Shown: positions 13,673 to 26,807 of the stretch, in pieces | How positions within the stretch are numbered: the first letter of the stretch is position 1 | Layout: each line of letters starts with the position of its first letter | NCBI GenBank assembly: GCA_964016885.1 | Contig: OZ024760.1 | Location: 15,934,001 to 15,998,000 of the forward strand | DNA length: 64,000 nt | Direction of reading: 5' to 3' | Source of the DNA: Eledone cirrhosa | Lineage: Eukaryota | The notes under the pieces: generated by a model | The model's database searches: none | What the model saw: only the letters and a program-made list of their open reading frames with translations | What the model was told of the DNA's origin: nothing | Position numbers and translations under genes: made by a program

Positions 13673-16600
13673 AGTATAGATGTGTAATATTAATATTATC
13701 CAATTACAAGTATGAGAGTAGCTCGATGTAAAATAACAAATATAATACAGAGCCGGAATACTTTATAAATAACAATCAAAGAGTGTTTAATAACATTTAA
13801 TTACTAATTAGTAATTAAATGTTATTAAATACTCTTTGATTGTTATTTATAAAGTATATATATATATATTTACACATATATATATATATGTGAATATATA
13901 TATATATGTATATATGTATGTATGTATACGTATATATATGTGAATATATATATTCACACAGAGAATCAAACTCTGTACCTCTTGAATTCTGGCCAAGTAT
14001 GTTTGATTATCTGATTTATAACTCTGTTACTCAAATACATGTTCCAGCCGACAGGCTGAGTCCAATCTGGGGCACCTCCGTTATACTTACACTGGAAAAT
14101 ATCTTGATATAAAATTCAAACATTGTATCTCCAGCTTCCATTAGAAAGAAATTCTGGAAAAAAAAAACAAAAACAAATAAGGGTTAAATATTTGGTCTCA
14201 AAAGAGTTAAACATTTGGTCTCAAAGGGGTTAAATATCTGGTCCCAAAAGTGTTAAAAATCTGGTCCCAAAAGGGTTAAATATTTGGTCCCAAAAGTATT
14301 AAATATTTGGTCCTAAAAGGGTTAAGTATTTGGTCTCAAAAGGGTTAAACATTTGGTCTCAAAGGGGTTAAATATCTGGCCCCAAAAGTGTTAAAAATCT
14401 GGTCCCAAAAGGGTTAAATATTTGATCTTAAAAGGGTTAAATATTTGGTCCCAAAAGTATTAAAAATCTGGTCCCAAAAGATTTAACATACCCTCATAGC
14501 TGCTAAGTAATCCATTAAATTGTGGTCTTTGATTATAGTTTGTACAAGTTCTTTACATATCCACAAGTATTTCTCTGTGATGTGAGGATAGAGACAGTTC
14601 TCCAGCATATGTTCTACAGGATGAATACACTTCCAGTTGCACAGCAAACACTTGATACTAATAAAAAAAACAGATACATAGTTGATACTGATTAAAACAG
14701 TGAGGTAAAGCCTTTACTGTGGAAATATAATAGTATAATATATAGAGTGAGGTAATTATGTGAGGTAATTACGTGAGGTAAAGCCTTTACTGTGGAAATA
14801 TAATGGTATAATATATAGAGTGATGTAAATGCTAAAGTGTAAAACAATATTTTCTACTTACATCTCTTCAACATCAAACTTGATCCATGAAGTTTTAGGC
14901 TCTTTTTTAAAAGAATAATCCAGATTGATCTGCAACAAAGGGTTGCATTGATCATCTAATACTTTTTTGATTGGAAATTCCATGTGAACAGCATTATCGG
15001 CAGCGACTAAAGTGGTGTCATCAACATTTCCAAACTTTGCTTCATTATCAAGATATTCGTTAAGATATGTGAGAAACATTTCAAACAACGACTTTGGATA
15101 TTGATCTGTAAAAGATTAAAGACAAAAATATTAATCTTTTTAATAACAAACTGTCAGCACCTCCCTTTACCTTCCCCCTTAGCTTTCATGTCCTCCTCTT
15201 CCATATTTAGACATGTCTTTCATGGTCTTCCCCTTCCTCTACTTCCTTCCACATTCATTTCCATCACTCATCTCACCCACTCACTTCCATCCTTCTTCAA
15301 CCATCTCGCTCCATTTCTCTTCACCGCATCCATCATTGGCTCTATTCCTCTCACCCAGTCGCTTTAAACCTTCCTCAACACATGACTAAGCCACCTCATT
15401 CTGTTTCCCTTCCCAACATTCATTACTGGTTATATTCCTCTCCCCCAGTCACTTTTTATGACATATAGGAAGACGGTGTACCTATTATAAACCAGACATA
15501 CACAGCTATACAACACAGGGATACAGTGTACCTGTTATAAACTAGATATACACAGCTATACAACACATGGATATAGTGTACCTATTCTAAACCAAATACA
15601 CAGGGATACAGTGTACCTATTCTAAACCAGATATACAGAGATACAACACACAGGGATATACACAGCCATACAACACAGGGATACAGTGTACCTATTTCTA
15701 AACCAGATACACACAGTCATACAACACAGGGATACAGTGTACCTATTTCTAAACCAGATACACACAGTCATACAACACAGGGATACCGTGTAGCTATTCT
15801 AAACCCAATATACACAGCTTCATATGAACTATACCCCTTTGAAACAAAAGACTTACATTGTGAAGGAGTTCGTTTGGTTAACAAGGTACTCAAACAGTTG
15901 AGGGTGCTGAAAATATCCATAGATTTCCCAGCTTTAGTAATTGGTTGTAGTATAGCGGTCAAGAAAGGAGGAGTCCAGTCATGTATGTCATATATGACTT
16001 CACTAAGGGGACTGCTGGGACCAGCTTTATCTTCGGTATCGTTGTCATTGTTCTGCCAGTTGGGGGTAGAAAACTTCATCACTAGGGATTGCTTCCAGAA
16101 GGTTTCATCTAATGTTAATGATATCTCCCCTCTAGAGAAAAAGAAGAAAGAGAATGTGTGTGAGAGAGACAGACAGAGAGAGGGGGAGTGAAAGAGAGAA
16201 AGAAGAACAATGAGACAAGCAGAGAGAGAGGAATAGAGAGAGATAGACAGAGAGAGAGAGAGAGAGGAACAGACAAACAGGAAGAGAGAGAGGTGAGAGA
16301 GTGTGTGTGAAAGGGAGAGAACAGACAGACAGGATGAGAGAGAGAAAGAGAGGGTGATAGTGTGTGTGAGAGAGAGAGAGAGAAGACAGAAAGATAGGAA
16401 CTGACAAACAGGAAGAGAGAGAGAGAGAGTGAGACAGAGAGAGAGGGGGGGAAAGAGGGAAATAAGGAGACAGAGAGAGACAGATCAAGAGAGGTGATCA
16501 ACAAAATACCATAATGGTGGTGCCACAGCATGGCCACAGTCGAATGAGGGAAGCCAGTAAAGGAATAAAAGACCATATAATGTGAACCTTACCTCTGAAT

Positions 16601-16709
16601 AATAAATTCTTTATTAAAATCCTGCAGCTGACCATTAGTGATCCATTCATCAATGATGTGAAGATACGGCTGACTTGTTTTAATCCATAATGGAAGAGCT
16701 ATAGAGAGC

Positions 16710-16742
<33 letters not shown>

Positions 16743-19700
16743 ATAGAGAGAGAGAGAGAATAATTTGAAGTATTTAGTTAGGACATAACCTATAGTTTTA
16801 CAACCCATGCAAATGTGGAAAAACAGATGTAAAACGATGATGATGGTGGTGGTGGTGGTGCTGATGATGGTGGTAGTGGTGATGGCAGTGATAGTGGTAG
16901 TGGAGGTGGTGATGATGATAATGACGATGATGGTGGCGGTGGTGATGATGATAATGGCAGTGATGATGATGATGATGATGGCTTACCAAATCATTCTGGC
17001 TGATGAGGTGTAGTTCTGTAATGTTATCATAAAGACAGCTCAACAGAGCCGCAGCTTTTTCACTGTTGCTCTCCACTGACCTCATCTTGTGTACACCATT
17101 CACATAGATATTGTATATAAAGACCAGCTTCTCAATCCAGGGATCAAGTTGTCTTTGAAGAGAAAGAATGGTAATTGTCATCTCTGTTGGAAAGAAACAA
17201 AACCCCAAAACAATGTTATTACGAATTTAAAACAACCGTTTCTATAAGGATGAAAGGCAAAGCTAACCTTGGGAGGATTTGAATGAACTCAGATCGTTGT
17301 AGAGGGCCGTAACTCTATGCCATAAAGCATGTTGTCCGACGCTCTACCGATTCTGCTAATCCACTGCCCTACAATAATAAGCACTGGTACATATATTCAT
17401 GTATAATTAGTGTGGTCAATGTTAATGAAAGGGTTAACCTTACTTTGTTTTTGTACATCCTGTTCCACCTTGCACAGCAGTGTTTTATATTCATGTAGGA
17501 ATTGGTCAACAGCAAAAGCAAATGCTCCATAGGTCAGCGAAATGTTTAATTCAGTCTCTTTAGGTTGTTTCAGTGAAACCGACTCAATGAAGGACATCAG
17601 TTCCGACATCAGATTTCCAGCCTTCAGAAACATAGCAACGCTATTTTCTAGGGCAATCTGCAAAGAAAGGAACCTCTCTAGTTAACCCTTTATTTCTGTT
17701 AATTCTATTCGCTGGTTTCAGAGGGTAGGTTATGCCTGAGCTAGGCAGTGGGGTTAGCTCCTGCTGGCCACAAAAGTTCTGAGGGTTGGCATACATGAGC
17801 TGGACAGTGGGGTGATCTCCTGTTCGCCTACAAAGTGCTGAGGGTTGATATGCCTAAGCTGGGCAGTGGAGTGAGCTCCCACTGGACTTAAAAGGGCTGA
17901 GGTTTGGTATGGCTGAGCTAGGCAGTGGGATTAGCTCCTGCTGGTCTCAAAAGGGCTGAGGCTCGGTATGTCTGAGCTGGGCAGTGAGGTGATCTCTTGT
18001 TGGCCTACAAAGTGCTGATGGTTGGAATGCCTAATCTGGGCAGTGGAGTGAGCTCCTGTTGGCCAAACTCCCTCCCATGCCTCCCTATTGCAGCACAATT
18101 GGTCTGGGTATGAAAGCAAGAGCTCGTCGCTATAACCGATACAATGCTTCTATGGCACTTTCCTAAAATGCATAAATACTTGCGGCTGGATACCGCATGT
18201 GAAACCAATCTTCCGAAGAAACTCCATTGAAGTGAACCTACACCGTAAATTCCTTCAATGGAGTTGGCCTACCCCACCTATGGTGAACGCCACCACAAGT
18301 ACAAGAACTGCAGCTATGATGGTGGTGGTGGTGGTGATGATTTCTTGCAAGTGTAAATAGAATAAAAAGATGTCACTTACTCTGGAAAGATGAGTCAGTC
18401 TAATACTCTCTCTCAGTTTATATGTTGTTCCAGTATATTGGAATATATACAGGTCTTGTACACCAAGCAGCATCCTGCAAAAATAGAGAGAACATTGATT
18501 CAAAATATGTTAGTCTAAAGCATATCTCAAGTGTAAAGCATATCTCTTTAGTCTAAAGCATATCTCAAGTGTAAAGCATATCTCTTTAGTCTAAAGCATA
18601 TCTCAAGTGTAAAGCATATCTCTTTAGTCTAAAGCATATCTCAAGCCAGTGCTTATCCCAGTTTTGGGGCATGAAGCAACTGAGAGTACAAGACTCCCCT
18701 CTAGACAGGACGCCAGTCCATTGCAGCATCAAGGTCTGTCTCAAGCCGGGAAGCTCATCAGGCCAGTATTTATCCCAAGTTTGTGGTGTGAAGTGACTGA
18801 GAATACAAGATTCTCCCCCTGGACAGGACGCTAGTCCATTGTCGGGTTAACCCTTTAGCATTTAAACTGGCCATATCCGGCCAGAATTCTCTCACCTCTT
18901 TCTGTTCAAACTGGCCATACCCGGCTACTCATACAGATGTTAAGGTATTGTTCTCAAAATAAATAATATCAAAATCTCGTAGATTCGATATTATGTGAGA
19001 TAATTATGTAAGATAAAGCCTTTACTGTGAAAATACAATAGTATATATAGAGTAATGTAAATGGTAAAGGGTTAAATTCTGTCTCGTGTGTTGAGGAATG
19101 ATGAAAGTGACTGGGTGAGAGAAGTGATGGAAATAAATGTGGAAGGAAGTAGAGGAAGAAACATTTGGCTGAAAATGTTGGATGAGGAAATGAAAGCCAG
19201 GTGTTGGTGAGAGGGGAATGTAGACGATGAGGCGAAAACAGAGAATTTTGTCATGGGGCTCGCATGGCTGACCCTTGCTATAGCCATAAAACACTTGTTG
19301 TTGTTACTCACCATATTATTTCACGAAGGATTTGGCTCTCAGTCACAAATTGTTCATTTTTAAATGAATTAATTTTGCGGTCATAGAAATCCCTGAAAAT
19401 ATATTTCAAGAGAACAAATATTAATAATTATGTAAAACTATTTTTAAAAAATATTTTCAACAGATTACTTTTAGCTATTTCTCTAAAAAAATGACTTCAC
19501 CTATTCTGCTGCAGACTCACATAATATTCTGCATCTATATAATAATTGTGGAAGTTTGTCATTTCGCAATGAATCTTTACAGAGTGTACTGGATGCATTT
19601 TATTGAGTCTCCAGCACTATCACTTTACAGAGTGTACTGGGTGCATTTTATGGGGCCTCCAGCACTACCACTTTACAGAGTGTACTGGGTGCATTTTATG

Positions 19701-22240
19701 GGGCCTCCAGCACTACCACTTTGCAAGGTGAATTACAAAACAAGAGAAAAAAATTACATATTTTTACTCTTGGGTTAATTATTATTAATTAATAATAGTA
19801 TTTATTATTAGAATCCTTCACTAATTAGTAACTTACCAGTCTTTAACAATATTATAGTAGCTACTAGACTCAGGAATCTTTTGGATCGTTCCATTCCAGT
19901 ATGTGGTAATAATATTCTTGTTTAACCATTTATATGCAGACGTGTCAACTTCTGACTGAGCTAAACAGCTCTTTTCAGAAATATTTAAATCCGTTAATGA
20001 AATGTCATTAATTTTCGTTTTGTCAGAATCCATCATCTCTGCCTTATTATCTTCTTCGCTGATGTCATTACCATCTTCATTATCTTCTTCGTCGTCACTG
20101 AATTCCTAATAGAAAAGAAAAACCAAACATGAAATGATGAATTTATTTACTTTTAGAAAAAAACTCCCCAAAATATAGACATGGCTGTGATTAAGGAGCT
20201 TCCCTTAGCAACCATATTGCTTGGGGTTCACCCCCTCTGTGTGGTACCTTCTACTATAGCCTTGGGCTTACTAATGGGCCCCTTACCACTGAAGTGGCTA
20301 ATGGCTCTAGGTCTACCGTGCATGGTAGTCATGTTGGTGCTACAACAAACACCCAGCACACAGTATAAAGTGGTCGTTTTGGTGACACAACAAACACCCA
20401 GCACACAGTATAAAGTGGTCATGTTGGTGACACAACAAACACCCAGCACACAGTATAAAGTGGTCATGTTGGTGACACAACAACAAACAACCAGCACACA
20501 GTATAAAGTGGTCATGTTGGTGACACAACAACAAACACCCAGCACACAGTATAAAGTGGTCATGTTGGTGACACAACAACAAACACCCAGCACACAGTAT
20601 AAAGTGGTCATGTTGGTGACACAACAACAAACACCCAGCACACAGTATAAAGTGGTCGTTTTGGTGCTACAACAAAAAACGCTCAGTGCACACAGTAAAG
20701 TGACAATAAAAAGCACCCAGTCCACACTGTAAAGTAGTCATGTAAGTGTTACAACAAAAGAGTCCAGTCCACACTGTTCAAACTGGCTGCTCATACTTAT
20801 GTTAAGGTATTGTTCTCAAAATAAATATCTCATAGATTTGATATTATGTGAGGTAAAGCCTTTACTGCGAAAATACAATAGTAAATATAGAGTAATGTAA
20901 ATGGTAAAGGGTTAATATAGATAATGGCCAGGGAAAATAACTTACTGGAGAACTGGAGTAAAAACTGCGACATAAATCAACTCCTTCCATCAAATAAGCA
21001 GCCCAGTCAAAATCTTTGCCTTCTTCTGAAATATAGATAAATCTATATTAAAAATATACTGACATTTTATCAAAAATTGAAATAGAAGCAGCAGCCATGC
21101 TCCGTTGAAAGAAAAATGAAGCAACCATGCTCTGTTGGATGTGTAATGTAAATATGAGAGAAAGGCAGAGCTTGGATGAAATGAGGGAGAAGCTGGGTTT
21201 CAGAGGAATCAGAGGTGGTGTGCAAGAGAGAAGACTGTGTTGTTACAAACACACGCTCTTATGTGATGTGCATGAATGATGATAGTTGGGTGAAGAAATG
21301 ACAAGGAGGAATTTAGTGAGTAGGTAGGTGTTTATTGGGGTTTGCTTCTCAGCTTACCACTATTAATTATATATATATCTTATACGTGTCACGACAAAAA
21401 GTAGCCAGCAGCCTCTGTAAATGTGGTTGGCATTAGGAAGGACATCCAGCCGTAGAAAATTAGCCCCAAAACACCCACCCCACACTGTAAAGTGGACATG
21501 TAAAAGACACGGCAAAAAGCACCCAGCACACACTGTCAAAGTGGTTGGCGTTAGGAAGGGCATCCAGCCGTAGAAAACCAGCCAGAAACTCTCCTATATG
21601 AGAGAGAGATGGTCACCTGACCCAATTTGCCTCTAATTGGGACAAACCCGTCTAACCCATGCTAGCGTGGAAGATAGACATTAATCGACGATGATGATGA
21701 CGATGCTGATGATATAGCAGAGAAAATGGTCTTATATACATAATACAAATGAATGATGACAGCTTGAATGGATGTAATTAAAAGTCTGACTTGTAGAACT
21801 CACCAACAATAATATTTTTATTAGTTTCATACACACTGTTGCCAGTTGGACTGCTTGCAAGTTCTATCAAGAGACTCACAACTGAGTAATGTGTGTCAGA
21901 CTGTTAAAAAAATAAAAATAAAAATATATATACAAATTATAAATAATTACACACAGACAAGTGTGTATATATATATATATTTGAAAATTTGGACGTGAAC
22001 AACAATTATAATTGAGTGGCTGCTATTTGCAGTATAGCAATATAAGGTTGCACTTACCAATGAAACGGTCGTAAATACCTGGATAAAATCCTTCTCTTAA
22101 TGCTTACCTGTGTTTTCTCTTTTATATATATATTACATGTATGTTTATAGAAGATCTCGCTTAGGGTGAAAGCAGAAATTCTTTGCTTAAACTTTTAATC
22201 TGTACTAATAATAAAAATATATGGAAAATAACAACGATGA

Positions 22241-22287
<47 letters not shown>

Positions 22288-24212
22288 TTTCTCATTCTAT
22301 TTTCTAATAAATGACTAGCATCCGAAATGTTAAGAGACTTTTCTTACTATATCAAGCGTAAAACTAATAATATATTTCTTCAATGTACTGTGTCGTTTGC
22401 TTTGTTATTTCTGTTTGCCTTTCGCATATATACATAGTAATAATAAATACAAACACCAAAATCGGAAGTTTCAGAAGATACCGCTTAGGGTAAAAGCAGA
22501 AATTCTTTGCTTAAACTTTTAATCTGTACTGATAATTCTTGCAGTGAATTATAGGTACGTTCAGATCTAAAAAGGGGATGGACTGTGTCAGGTTTAAATA
22601 TCAACGATGTAGGTGATGATGGCACCTCTATAACTCCAGCAGGAGCTCATAGCCCATGAATGGATAGATGGATGGATGGATCAATGGATATGTAACTCCC
22701 CCAAAGATACAAGAATAAGATTAAATTATTCCATGAGTTAGATAACTTAAACTGTCTCTAGATATACTTACATGATCAAATGTTTTCTGCTCAAATAATG
22801 GCATCGCAAGAAATTTAGAAGTTAATTCTCGCAAATCTTTAGCTTTGTCGTTCTGTGAGTGTACAGTAAACTTTTCACATAATCTGTAATATTGAGATTC
22901 AAATGAAGAGAACAAATTCTATTTTATGGATTCTTATTAAGGTTATTATATTTAGACACAACAGAAACAAAAAAAAAAAATACAACACATATTCTTCTTC
23001 TTTGCCCACTTATTCCTGAGAGGGTCATGGGGTCAGAGTCCTCAAACCCTCCCTCCAGCAGGTCCTGTCAGAAGCAACCAGAGGGTCGTGGGGGCAGAGT
23101 CCTCAAACACTCCCTCCAGCAGGTCCTGTCAGAAGCAACCAGAGGGTCGTGGGGCAGAGTCCTCAAACACTCCCTCCAGTAGGGTCCTGTCAGAAGCAGC
23201 CGTCTCCAACTGATCAGGCTGGATCCCCAAACATAACCAACCAAGCTCTTGGATGTTATCCAACCATCTTGCACGGGGTGGGTCTACCCTTGGGTCTCCT
23301 GCCGGTTGGTTTTGCCCATAAAAATCATCAGTCAAGCGATTCTTTCCTGAGACATTCTAACCACATGCTCATAGTATCGGAGCTGTGATCTCTCCATTCA
23401 GAGAAGTAGTGGTTCTATCTAGAGTGACTCTCTGATCTCCGAGCTATGACTGCTATCGAGTAATGTTACTCCAAAGACCCTTTGAGGGAACCCCATTTTG
23501 GCCACTTGTATTCATGATTGTATTCTTTTGTTTATATCCCAACACATATATTGAAAAAAAAAAAAAAAAAAATCTTTCTGTTCAAACTGGATGTAGCCGC
23601 TTGCTCATACTGATGTTAAGATATTGTTCTCAAAATAAATAATATCAAAATCTCATAGATTCGATATTATTCGAGATAATTATGAAGTAAAGCTTTTACC
23701 ACAAAAATACAATAGTATATATAGAGTAATGTAAATGCTAAAAACAATTTTTGAAAGTAAATATTTACCCATTGATCTTCTGATGAACTTTGTGTGAATC
23801 AACTGACAGAAATCGATGGTATTTAAAGTTGGACATAGCATAAGAATAGCATTCCTTGAAATCTTCACTATTCTCATCCTAAAAATAATAATAATAATGG
23901 TTTGATTTAGACACAAAGCCAACAATTTTGCCGGGAGGGGCAAGGTGATTAAATTGACTCTAGTGCATTACTGGTACCTCATTTTATGTAAAATTACCTC
24001 ATTGCCAAGTCAAAACTACTTGGCGCTGGGGTCAGGATTTTACATATCTCTCTCTCTATCTCTCTATATATGAGTGTGTGTGTGTATATATGGTCCGGTA
24101 ACTCCCGGGGGAGTTGCAGGGGCGCCGTATGTATCTACGGCCTTTCTTGGGGCATTTTTAAACCTGACAAAGCCCATCTCCTCTCCAGGTCAAAATACAG
24201 CAGATATCTTTC

Positions 24213-24249
<37 letters not shown>

Positions 24250-25461
24250 GAGAGAAAGAGAGAGGGGGAGAGAGAGAAAGAGAGAGAGGGGGGGGGGAGA
24301 ATCGACCCAGTACTAGACTGGTACCTTTAATATCGACCTAGAATGGATGAAAGGCAAAATTTATCGCTATTTGACTCTGTTTACATGTGTGTGTGTGTGC
24401 TATATATATATATATATAACAACAGATGACCGCCGGACTGGAAGATATGCTGTACATTTTAATTCTGTGAAATCACTATACATATTTCAATATTTCAATA
24501 GCCCAGCTCCATTATCCATTTATGGTGCAAGACAAGACGATCTTCGACAGAATTACAAAACAGGGTTACGTAGAACCCATACTTATCATAGGAGATAGGA
24601 AAAAGAGAATAGGATATTGAAAAATGAAAATTTGGGGAGGGACTGTCTGTAAAAAGACTATCGTAGTGTGTGAAGACATCCCCAGCAACTATAAACAAAT
24701 ACATATGTAACCAAAGTGAAACACCGAGGCTCATATATTAAATTTGTCGTTGACACTCTACTAATGTATTAAGTACATTACTTTGGTTACCCCCGATTGA
24801 ACTCGGGACTCATATATATAGGAAAAGAGTCAGGATCCCGACGGCTGAGCTCCTGCCGTTTCGATAGCTCTCTCTCTATATATATATCGCGGTAAACTTT
24901 GCCTTTCATCCATTCGAGGTCGATAAACAAAATGTCAGGTACAATGTTTATATTTTGTAATAATAGATGCTTTGTCTATAGGCATTATCGATATTTGTAG
25001 TATCGATTTCAGAGTAAATACAGCAATAGTTAATTAATGAAGTTAGCTAATAGATTCTAAAACATTGTATGTAAACATTGAAAATATAGGGACTGTCAAT
25101 AAATGTATGACTGTATATATATACATATATAGAAGTAGATAGAAACATATATATGTGTGTGTAGTTGAGAGAAAGGAGTACTCAATACCGAAGTAGAGTT
25201 TTAATATTAACTTTATTAAGGCTAACTAGTGAGTCTTGTTTCTCTGGAGTTTCGCCTGTTTACACTCTGATGGCTCAGTGATAAACATGCGAGACTCCAG
25301 AGTAACAAGACTCACTATTTAGCCTTATTAAAATGAATACATACGTATATGTGTATGTATATATATTATATCGATATAAAGGTAGATATTACCTTAACGT
25401 CACTGACTAGTTTAATTAATTTCCTGCACAAATTTTCATAATTCACCTTCCTTGGCGCCAT
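6543..25461 (-). CDS. TUBGCP5: Gamma-tubulin complex component 5 (GCP5), 22 coding exons, 997 aa
   Basis: Phase-consistent GT-AG exons: 25393-25461, 23769-23878, 22772-22883, 21804-21900, 20946-21025, 19837-20105, 19312-19392, 18381-18474, 17444-17657, 16987-17183, 16593-16708, 15857-16131, 14862-15105, 14492-14657, 14091-14153, 13146-13240, 12190-12283, 11025-11145, 9504-9646, 8505-8713, 7829-7929, 6543-6586 (2994 nt). GCP5-like motifs: AMSNFKYHRFLSVDSHKV, THYSVVSLL, DFDWAAYLMEG, VTESQILREIIWML, PYLHIIDEWITNG, YLAAMRNFFLMEAGDTMFEFY, IPWPIDMIV. Minus-strand AATAAA at 6383-6388. Confidence 0.95.
8105..8495 (+). mobile_element. Two tandem RTE-like LINE 3' ends
   Basis: Both contain GATGGTTGGATAACATCC...GGAGATGGTTGCTTCCGACAGGA...AGGAATAAGTGG with an AAG-rich tail. 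Same family as 22990-23520. Confidence 0.75.
8878..9420 (+). repeat. 48-bp SINE-derived minisatellite (about 7 copies) plus SINE tail
   Basis: Same unit as at 5826. Confidence 0.9.
11222..11426. mobile_element. piggyBac-type MITE
   Basis: TTAA-CCCTTTAGCATTT...AAAGCTAAAGGG-TTAA termini. Confidence 0.85.
12456..12497 (+). ncRNA. Minimal type I hammerhead ribozyme-like motif (Penelope pLTR-like)
   Basis: TCA-CTGAAGA-T-GTCAC..GTGAT-GAAA-GAAC-TT/TGA: stem I, core, stem II, GAAA and UH site are all present. Confidence 0.55.
12740..13075 (-). mobile_element. tRNA-derived SINE fragments (Meta-domain-like family)
   Basis: GGATGAAAGGCAAAGTTGACCTCGGC / ACTTTATTTTATCGACC core, as in 38615-38805. Confidence 0.7.
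14180..14488. repeat. 22-bp minisatellite, about 14 copies, filling TUBGCP5 intron 14
   Basis: Unit approximately AAGGGTTAAATATTTGGTCCCA. Confidence 0.9.
15470..15820. repeat. About 52-bp minisatellite
   Basis: Repeated ACACAGGGATACAGTGTACCTATTCTAAACCAGATA. Confidence 0.85.
17735..18065. repeat. About 59-bp GC-richer minisatellite, 5-6 diverged copies
   Basis: Repeated GAGCTGGGCAGTGG...CTCCTG.TGGCC...AAAGTGCTGAGG. Confidence 0.8.
18511..18645. repeat. 38-bp perfect tandem repeat, about 3.5 copies
   Basis: TAGTCTAAAGCATATCTCAAGTGTAAAGCATATCTCTT. Confidence 0.9.
18847..19075. mobile_element. piggyBac-type MITE (full copy)
   Basis: TTAA target sites and CCCTTTA...TAAAGGG TIRs. Partial copies at about 8740-8843, 14700-14840, 20775-20915, 23575-23745, 48235-48435 and 49675-49975. 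Confidence 0.85.
20330..20780 (+). repeat. 48/51-bp SINE-derived minisatellite, about 9 copies
   Basis: Unit CACCCAGCACACAGTATAAAGTGGTCATGTTGGTGACACAACAACAAA. Confidence 0.9.
22990..23520 (-). mobile_element. RTE-like LINE 3' fragment
   Basis: Translates to RIQVAKMGF.QRVFGVTLLD...EIRESL.IEPLLL...ARWLDNIQELGW; (AAG)n tail; internal ~61-bp triplication. Confidence 0.8.
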
Positions 25462-26807
25462 CTTTCTCACAGTCTCGTTGATTCTCTTATCTTCTCGCGA
25501 GACTAACAATATTTTGTTACCAGAGAAACAGCTTAGTGGATTCTTCTTCTTCTCCTTCGATCATTTAATCCGGTTAGGGTCGTGGGTGGCAGAGTCCTCA
25601 AGTACTCCTTCCAGCGGGTCCTGTCAGAAGCGACCGTCTCCAACTGATCCGGCTGGATCTCCAAGCGAGACCAGCCGAACTCAGAGATGTTATTAACCAT
25701 CTATCTCTGGGTCTCCTGTCAGTGGCCCCTCTTCCCCACTAAATATGGCCCATTAAAACCTGATTGGTTTTGCCCGTAAAATCTGTGCAGTTCTGAAACA
25801 TAATTGTTTCTACTTTAGGCACAAGGCCAGCAATAACCCAGTGCATTACTGGTACTTTGGTGAACTGGCTGGGTCGTTAGAACATTAGATAGAGTGCTTT
25901 GTGATACTTGATCCGGCTCTCTACGTCCTGAGTTCCAATCCTGCTGTGGTCAACTTTACCTTTCATTCTTTCGAGGTCGAATAATAAAGTTCGGGGATCG
26001 ATTCCTCCTCTATATCTCTTTCTCACTCCCACCCTCTCTCTCTGGAAGAAATTGGCTGTGATCAAACCTGGAGAGGAGATGGTCCCCGCTAGATTTAAAA
26101 TGTCTTTATACACACCTCTGTTGTGAACCACGCTGTGTTAGTGTTACTGCTAATCTGTAACTAGAAATTGGGAGGAATGCATCCCACCTGAGGAAGGTAC
26201 CCCGTGAGGTGGAGTGGCTGATGTAGCGGTTGTCACTGGCTGTTCTCCTCGGCAATACCTTCACCATTTTGCCCGTGGGGTGCAACTCAGACATACCAAC
26301 CTAGCCACGGATCTGACCCTCCCTCACGCCTTTCCCTTACTTTCACAACTAATTTTTTCCTTTCTTCTTCTTTTTATTTATTTATTGCAAACATCTTATA
26401 ATCCAATTTAAATTTGTTGAATTTTTAAAATTATTATTGAGTTATATAATTTAATTAGATTAAAATATTTAGCGACAGTAAAACTAAAAAGTACTCTCGG
26501 GTCCCAAATAATAGGGAGTGAGTTGGAATAATCGGTTGGGGGTTGGAAAATCGGTAATTTTTCTATGTTGTCTCCGTTGATTGTTTTAAAAACCAGAATT
26601 AGTCGTTTAGTTTACATATTGAAAGACCCCCCCCCCCCCCTCAACCTATCCTATTTATTTTATAACGTATGAGATTTCTAGTAATGTACATTTTTTTGTC
26701 ATATATAATGTTTTTAATGTGTAAAGAAAATGAATTGTCGCAGGAATGCTCCACTTAAAATAAAATTTTGCCGGAGATAGATTAGCGGAATTTAATAAGC
26801 GTGTGGA

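Noticed and set aside
16798-16986. Poly-His C-terminus of the 136-aa ORF
   Set aside because: Intronic (CAT/CAC)n repeat after the donor at 16986.
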